From positions 27,895 to 91,894 of the IMG/VR virus record IMGVR_UViG_3300030737_000007: a stretch of 64,000 bases of DNA. One strand, 5' to 3'. Position numbers and translations under genes: made by a program. Source of the DNA: a virus. The notes under the pieces were generated by a model. It worked only from the letters and a program-made list of their open reading frames with translations. It ran no database searches and was not told where the DNA came from. Positions 60,114 to 64,000 of this stretch are shown here, piece by piece (within the stretch, counting starts at the first letter, position 1; each line of letters starts with the position of its first letter).

Positions 60114-62968
60114 TAGCTGCTCGCCGCCGAGAGCGAGGAAATCGTCATACCTGTTGTGGTCGCGCCGTTGAGCGAGAAGCCCAGCGATGTTCCCGAGGTA
60201 GATGGCGTTCCAGTCATGCTTCCGGTGACCGTACCCGTAGGACCGACCACCGTAATCGTCGTCCCAGAGAGCGTAATCGTGTAATTTCCCAAAATGTTCC
60301 CTGTTGGAGTGCTCGCTCCGATTGTCGTGAAGCTCCCGCCATTGCCGTTGAACACGGTAAAAAAGTTTTGCGTTCCAGCGGCTATGTTGATAGCGACATA
60401 ATTACCGGCGCTGCTATAACGAACAATGAATTGACAAGCAGAAGTAGTGCCTGTTCCAGTGCATTTCGTGAGATTGAAGCGAATGACCTCATTGGTAACG
60501 CCTGTATTGATTAGGTCAGTCTGGGCATTTGTGGTCGATGAAGAAACACCGCCACCTGTTTGATATTTATAGTCGGTTCCCGATGCGAGAACCCAAGTAC
60601 ACCCGCTTCCAGCCGTGCAGGTATTCGGAACTGTTCCCGCAAGGTTCGTTCCGCTTGCTGCCTCAGTGAAGTTGGTGTTCAGGTAGACCGACGTGGCCAC
60701 GTTGTAGTAGGCGGTTCCGGTCGTGAAGTAGCCGCTGCCTTGGCATGATCCATATACCGGACCAGTTGCCGATACTGTAACCCCAGTCGCTCCTGCTACA
60801 GCAGTTGTTCCCAGAGAGGCGAATGGAGACCCTCCAGAACAGGCGGTAGTGACGGTAGCTCCTGAAGCAATCTCTCCTGCGTTCGGAGTAAAAGTCGGCG
60901 TGGCTCCGAGCGGAGGCCAGCTTGCAGCGGGGAGGAAATTTCCGGCCCCTACATTGACGACTGCCGTGGTGATGTTAGATGGGTCTACGACATTCTGAAC
61001 CGTATTGTTGTTGCTATTGTTGTCGAGGCTTATCCCAGTCGTTCCATATCCGCCGATCGTGTTGCTCGTAATAGATGTGTACGTTACTGCTGCACCCGAA
61101 ATAAAGGTGGTTGTCGGCTGCCCTGAGACCGCGCTTAGAGCGTTGCCTGTAATCGTGGAATCGCTAACCGTGTTTAGTTGGATACCTGCCACTGGATACG
61201 TCAAAAGGTTGTTGCTGTTAATCGCCAGTCTTGAAGAATTTACGGCTTTGATTCCAATAGCCCCAGCCGATCCTAGTCCGTTCATGGCTAGATTAGACAC
61301 CGTAATTCCGGCAGAGTTTTCAATATCCAACCCAGTCGACGGGAAAAATACGGTGCTCAACCATCCTCCCTTTATCTCCACGTTGCTCTCTGCTGCGGTA
61401 GTAAGACCATTCAAATAAATACCTGTGTTGTAAAATGTATCAGTGATGCAATCAATGATGTGAATATCCCCTGCGGTATTCCCCCCCGGTGCTGTGTTGA
61501 AGATGTATATTCCGTAGGTCTGAAACTCCGTCTCGAACCCGCGTATCATGATGTCGTTCAGGTCTACGCCCTTGGCAATAAATCCGTAACTGGTGACACT
61601 AGAAAATCCGGGGGTTACGATCTGCGATGTGGAGTCGCGAAGACGAAATGACTCGGTGCCAAAGGCCCCATTCAGGTAGAACCCAGCAACCGCCGTCCCC
61701 GGATTGAATCCGTTCGCGCCCCATAGAGACCCGGAGTTTTGGACGTACCCAGTGCCGATTGAGGCAGCATTTTGAAAGTAGAAATTGCAGGCTGAGTCCT
61801 CGGACCAAACACGGTCAACGGAAAATCCACCGTCAAATTGAATCGACAATCCAGAAGGTCCCAGCGGACATCCGGTGCCTGATACTGAAGCAGCCACCGT
61901 CCGCATGAGGGTGAAGTTGCTGAAGTTATTGAATGAGATTGGGTTGGTGTAAACGCCCGTAGGGGAAATGGCTACGATGGTATCCGCAGTTGCAGACGTG
62001 TTGTAAATGGCGCTCGCAGGGACATTGGCAGCGTTCGCGTTGGCTATAGCCGTCGTGATCGCGCCGTTCGATGTACCTGAGAATCCAACACTCGATTGGG
62101 TGATGGTCGTGACGCCGGATACTTTGTACTTCAGCGCCTGCAACAAGCACTGATGAGGGCCTACTGCCGTCGCGCAAGCATTGAACGCCACGGTGTTGTC
62201 CGTTCCACCTGAACCGGAGCCTGAGTAGTCTCCCACCGCACCGAACCATTCCACCGGGGTAACTGGATTTTGCTTGCCAAGGTTTACAGACGCACCCGAA
62301 CCGAGAATGAATAACGCACCAACCGGGGCCTGGACGTTACCTGTGAGCGTCAGTACTTGGCCAGCCGACACTGTGATCGTTCCGCCGAGGCTGAAGATGT
62401 CTCCACTAATAGTTGCCGAGGTAGTTACGTTGTAATTGGTTCCAAAGCCCAAGAAGTTCGGAGAGGTTGCCGAGGCTGCGGTGGGAGCAGTGGTCGCTCC
62501 GTTGCCATACAGAAGTCCGTTGGGAAAGACGATAGTGTTCGGGCATGGCCCAACTACCCAAGTTGACCCGGCTCCGCCCAGCGCACATTGTCCGTTGACC
62601 GGTGCGAGAGATGTAGGCACTCCTGTTCCCGTCGTGTTAACTAACAGCCCCGTTCCCAACCCAGACAGCAGCGTGCCGTTGATTCCCTGTACTGTCGTAG
62701 CCCCGCCAGTTGACGTGCTCGTTGCGTCGCCGGTAAGGGCATTGAAACTCCCACCGCCACCAGAACCAATGAGCGTCCAAGTTCCACTCTGGCAGGTGTA
62801 AATCGTACCCAGTGTAGCTACCTGTTCGTCAGGAAGATTGACGGTGCAGGCTCCGCTCGGGGCCGCGGTAACCAGAAGTATAGTGGGGTATGCGGGTTGC
62901 TGCGCGCGCGCTGAAATCGCCGCTATGAACACCACCAGCCCGCAGATAATCTTTTTCATTGTTTTCAC
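60113..62968 (-). CDS. tailspike-like pectate-lyase-3 beta-helix protein
   Basis: EWFGAVGD......DNTVAF motif; parallel beta-helix repeats; signal-peptide-like N-terminus. Confidence 0.7.
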   Translation of the reverse strand: MKTMKKIICGLVVFIAAISARAQQPAYPTILLVTAAPSGACTVNLPDEQVATLGTIYTCQSGTWTLIGSGGGGSFNALTGDATSTSTGGATTVQGINGTLLSGLGTGLLVNTTGTGVPTSLAPVNGQCALGGAGSTWVVGPCPNTIVFPNGLLYGNGATTAPTAASATSPNFLGFGTNYNVTTSATISGDIFSLGGTITVSAGQVLTLTGNVQAPVGALFILGSGASVNLGKQNPVTPVEWFGAVGDYSGSGSGGTDNTVAFNACATAVGPHQCLLQALKYKVSGVTTITQSSVGFSGTSNGAITTAIANANAANVPASAIYNTSATADTIVAISPTGVYTNPISFNNFSNFTLMRTVAASVSGTGCPLGPSGLSIQFDGGFSVDRVWSEDSACNFYFQNAASIGTGYVQNSGSLWGANGFNPGTAVAGFYLNGAFGTESFRLRDSTSQIVTPGFSSVTSYGFIAKGVDLNDIMIRGFETEFQTYGIYIFNTAPGGNTAGDIHIIDCITDTFYNTGIYLNGLTTAAESNVEIKGGWLSTVFFPSTGLDIENSAGITVSNLAMNGLGSAGAIGIKAVNSSRLAINSNNLLTYPVAGIQLNTVSDSTITGNALSAVSGQPTTTFISGAAVTYTSITSNTIGGYGTTGISLDNNSNNNTVQNVVDPSNITTAVVNVGAGNFLPAASWPPLGATPTFTPNAGEIASGATVTTACSGGSPFASLGTTAVAGATGVTVSATGPVYGSCQGSGYFTTGTAYYNVATSVYLNTNFTEAASGTNLAGTVPNTCTAGSGCTWVLASGTDYKYQTGGGVSSSTTNAQTDLINTGVTNEVIRFNLTKCTGTGTTSACQFIVRYSSAGNYVAINIAAGTQNFFTVFNGNGGSFTTIGASTPTGNILGNYTITLSGTTITVVGPTGTVTGSMTGTPSTSGTSLGFSLNGATTTGMTISSLSAASS

Positions 62969-62969
62969 C

Positions 62970-64000
62970 TTAAGGTTGGCATGAATAATCGAAAGTAATA
63001 CTGCCTGTAGCTACCGATACGGCAACCGAGACGGACACACCTGTCGCGGTTGCAACGCTGTGGCTCAGGCCCAGAGAAGTCGCCCCGCCGTTTTGCGAAA
63101 CAGAGCAGGCGTAGGCGGTAGTCGTCGTCGGCCACACCAGCGTCAAAATCGTCCCAGCAGAAACAGTCGTCGCCGTCATGGTGTAGGTGCCGCGGAGATT
63201 GGTGCAGGCCGCCGTAGAACACGAGACCGCAGAAATTCCAGTTCCTGGAACAGTCGAACTAATAGGGCTGGAGACGGCTGTGGTAATAGTGCAACTCCCG
63301 CCGAGTACACAGGTCTGTCCATTGACTGTCGTAAACGGATTCGCCAGATTGGAGTTAGGCAACGCCCCGCTCACGCCGCCCGCCGTGCTGCTCGCCAAGT
63401 TTACGGTGGAGAAGTTCATCAGTGAAGTAAACTCCGACCCACCGTTGAGATCGACCTTGAACAAATGAGAGGAGTCAGCGCGGATCGTGTCCACGCCTAC
63501 TGCTGGTGTTACCGCAGTTCCCGCCTCGGCAAAGGCTCCGCAACCAGATAACCCGGCGCAAGCGGTCGGAGGAGATGATCCAACCCCCAAGCCCGTTGTT
63601 GCGGTCAGAGTTGTAAAGGAGCCAGGTCCCTGTGTTGTCTGGCCTGTGCTGGTCGGGTTGATCGCCCCCAAGGTCAAAGTGATCGCGGGCGTCGTAGTTG
63701 CTGTTGCTACAGATCCTGAAACGCCGTTGGCCGTGGTTACCGAAACGCTGGTTACCGTACCGGACAAGGGCGTTGACCATGTTGTCAGACCCGTGGGCCC
63801 GCCACTGGTAAGCACCTGACCTGCGGTTCCAAGACTTCCTCCTACCTCGTAGGCCAAAGCGTTGAAAGTCTCGGACCAATTGAGAGTTTCGTCGTAGAAT
63901 GGCGATCCGGTATGAGTGAAACTTAGATTACCAAAGCTATCATTCGTCTGAAAGATGCTCGTAGTCGTCTGCGAATGCAAGAGATACATCAGCGACCGAG
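62970..64000 (-). CDS. tail-fibre-like protein (5' partial)
   Basis: GTAGQVLTS.G.....W, GTVTSVSV, TTPAITL fibre-type repeats; frame open to the window end. Confidence 0.7.
   Translation of the reverse strand, partial: RSLMYLLHSQTTTSIFQTNDSFGNLSFTHTGSPFYDETLNWSETFNALAYEVGGSLGTAGQVLTSGGPTGLTTWSTPLSGTVTSVSVTTANGVSGSVATATTTPAITLTLGAINPTSTGQTTQGPGSFTTLTATTGLGVGSSPPTACAGLSGCGAFAEAGTAVTPAVGVDTIRADSSHLFKVDLNGGSEFTSLMNFSTVNLASSTAGGVSGALPNSNLANPFTTVNGQTCVLGGSCTITTAVSSPISSTVPGTGISAVSCSTAACTNLRGTYTMTATTVSAGTILTLVWPTTTTAYACSVSQNGGATSLGLSHSVATATGVSVSVAVSVATGSITFDYSCQP

Noticed and set aside
1-64000. Stop-codon reassignment or tRNA genes (often linked to theta ribozymes)
   Set aside because: Long genes are intact in the standard bacterial code, TAG/TGA/TAA all act as stops at tight gene junctions, and no tRNA cloverleaf was seen by eye
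52561-64000. Diversity-generating retroelement acting on tail genes
   Set aside because: No reverse transcriptase and no TR/VR pair differing at adenines was seen; internal repeats are protein-level modules

Overview
A 64-kb segment of a tailed dsDNA phage genome, probably temperate and podovirus-like; the host cannot be determined from sequence alone. Layout: (i) 1-5346, minus strand: start of a late-type block (GH24 lysozyme, two SprT-like proteases, small virion-type genes), a non-coding possible packaging/terminus region and a GIY-YIG gene. (ii) 5453-42379, plus strand: early/middle region with many small genes, a tyrosine integrase followed by a repeat-punctuated mini-gene array, family A DNA polymerase, DnaX-like clamp loader, beta-clamp-like protein, RecT/Bet, SSB, a UvrD helicase split by an endonuclease gene, Cas4-like nuclease, primase-helicase, BCS1-like AAA ATPase, sigma factor and metallophosphoesterase. 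(iii) 42455-64000, minus strand: ejection proteins, tail adaptor/nozzle, beta-helix tailspikes and fibres. No terminase, portal or major capsid gene was recognised. The most striking unannotated signals are: three predicted self-cleaving ribozymes (one hammerhead, two HDV-like) between early mini-genes at 6067-7546; about 31 copies of a 15-bp motif KTCCRGATAATGGAM dispersed through coding and non-coding DNA, plus 6 copies of a related palindrome TTCTCANNTTGAGAA; the integrase-adjacent cassette-like array; and an Sm-like gene paired with a (R/G/W)S dipeptide-repeat gene. All product calls come from motif recognition by eye; no database searches were run.
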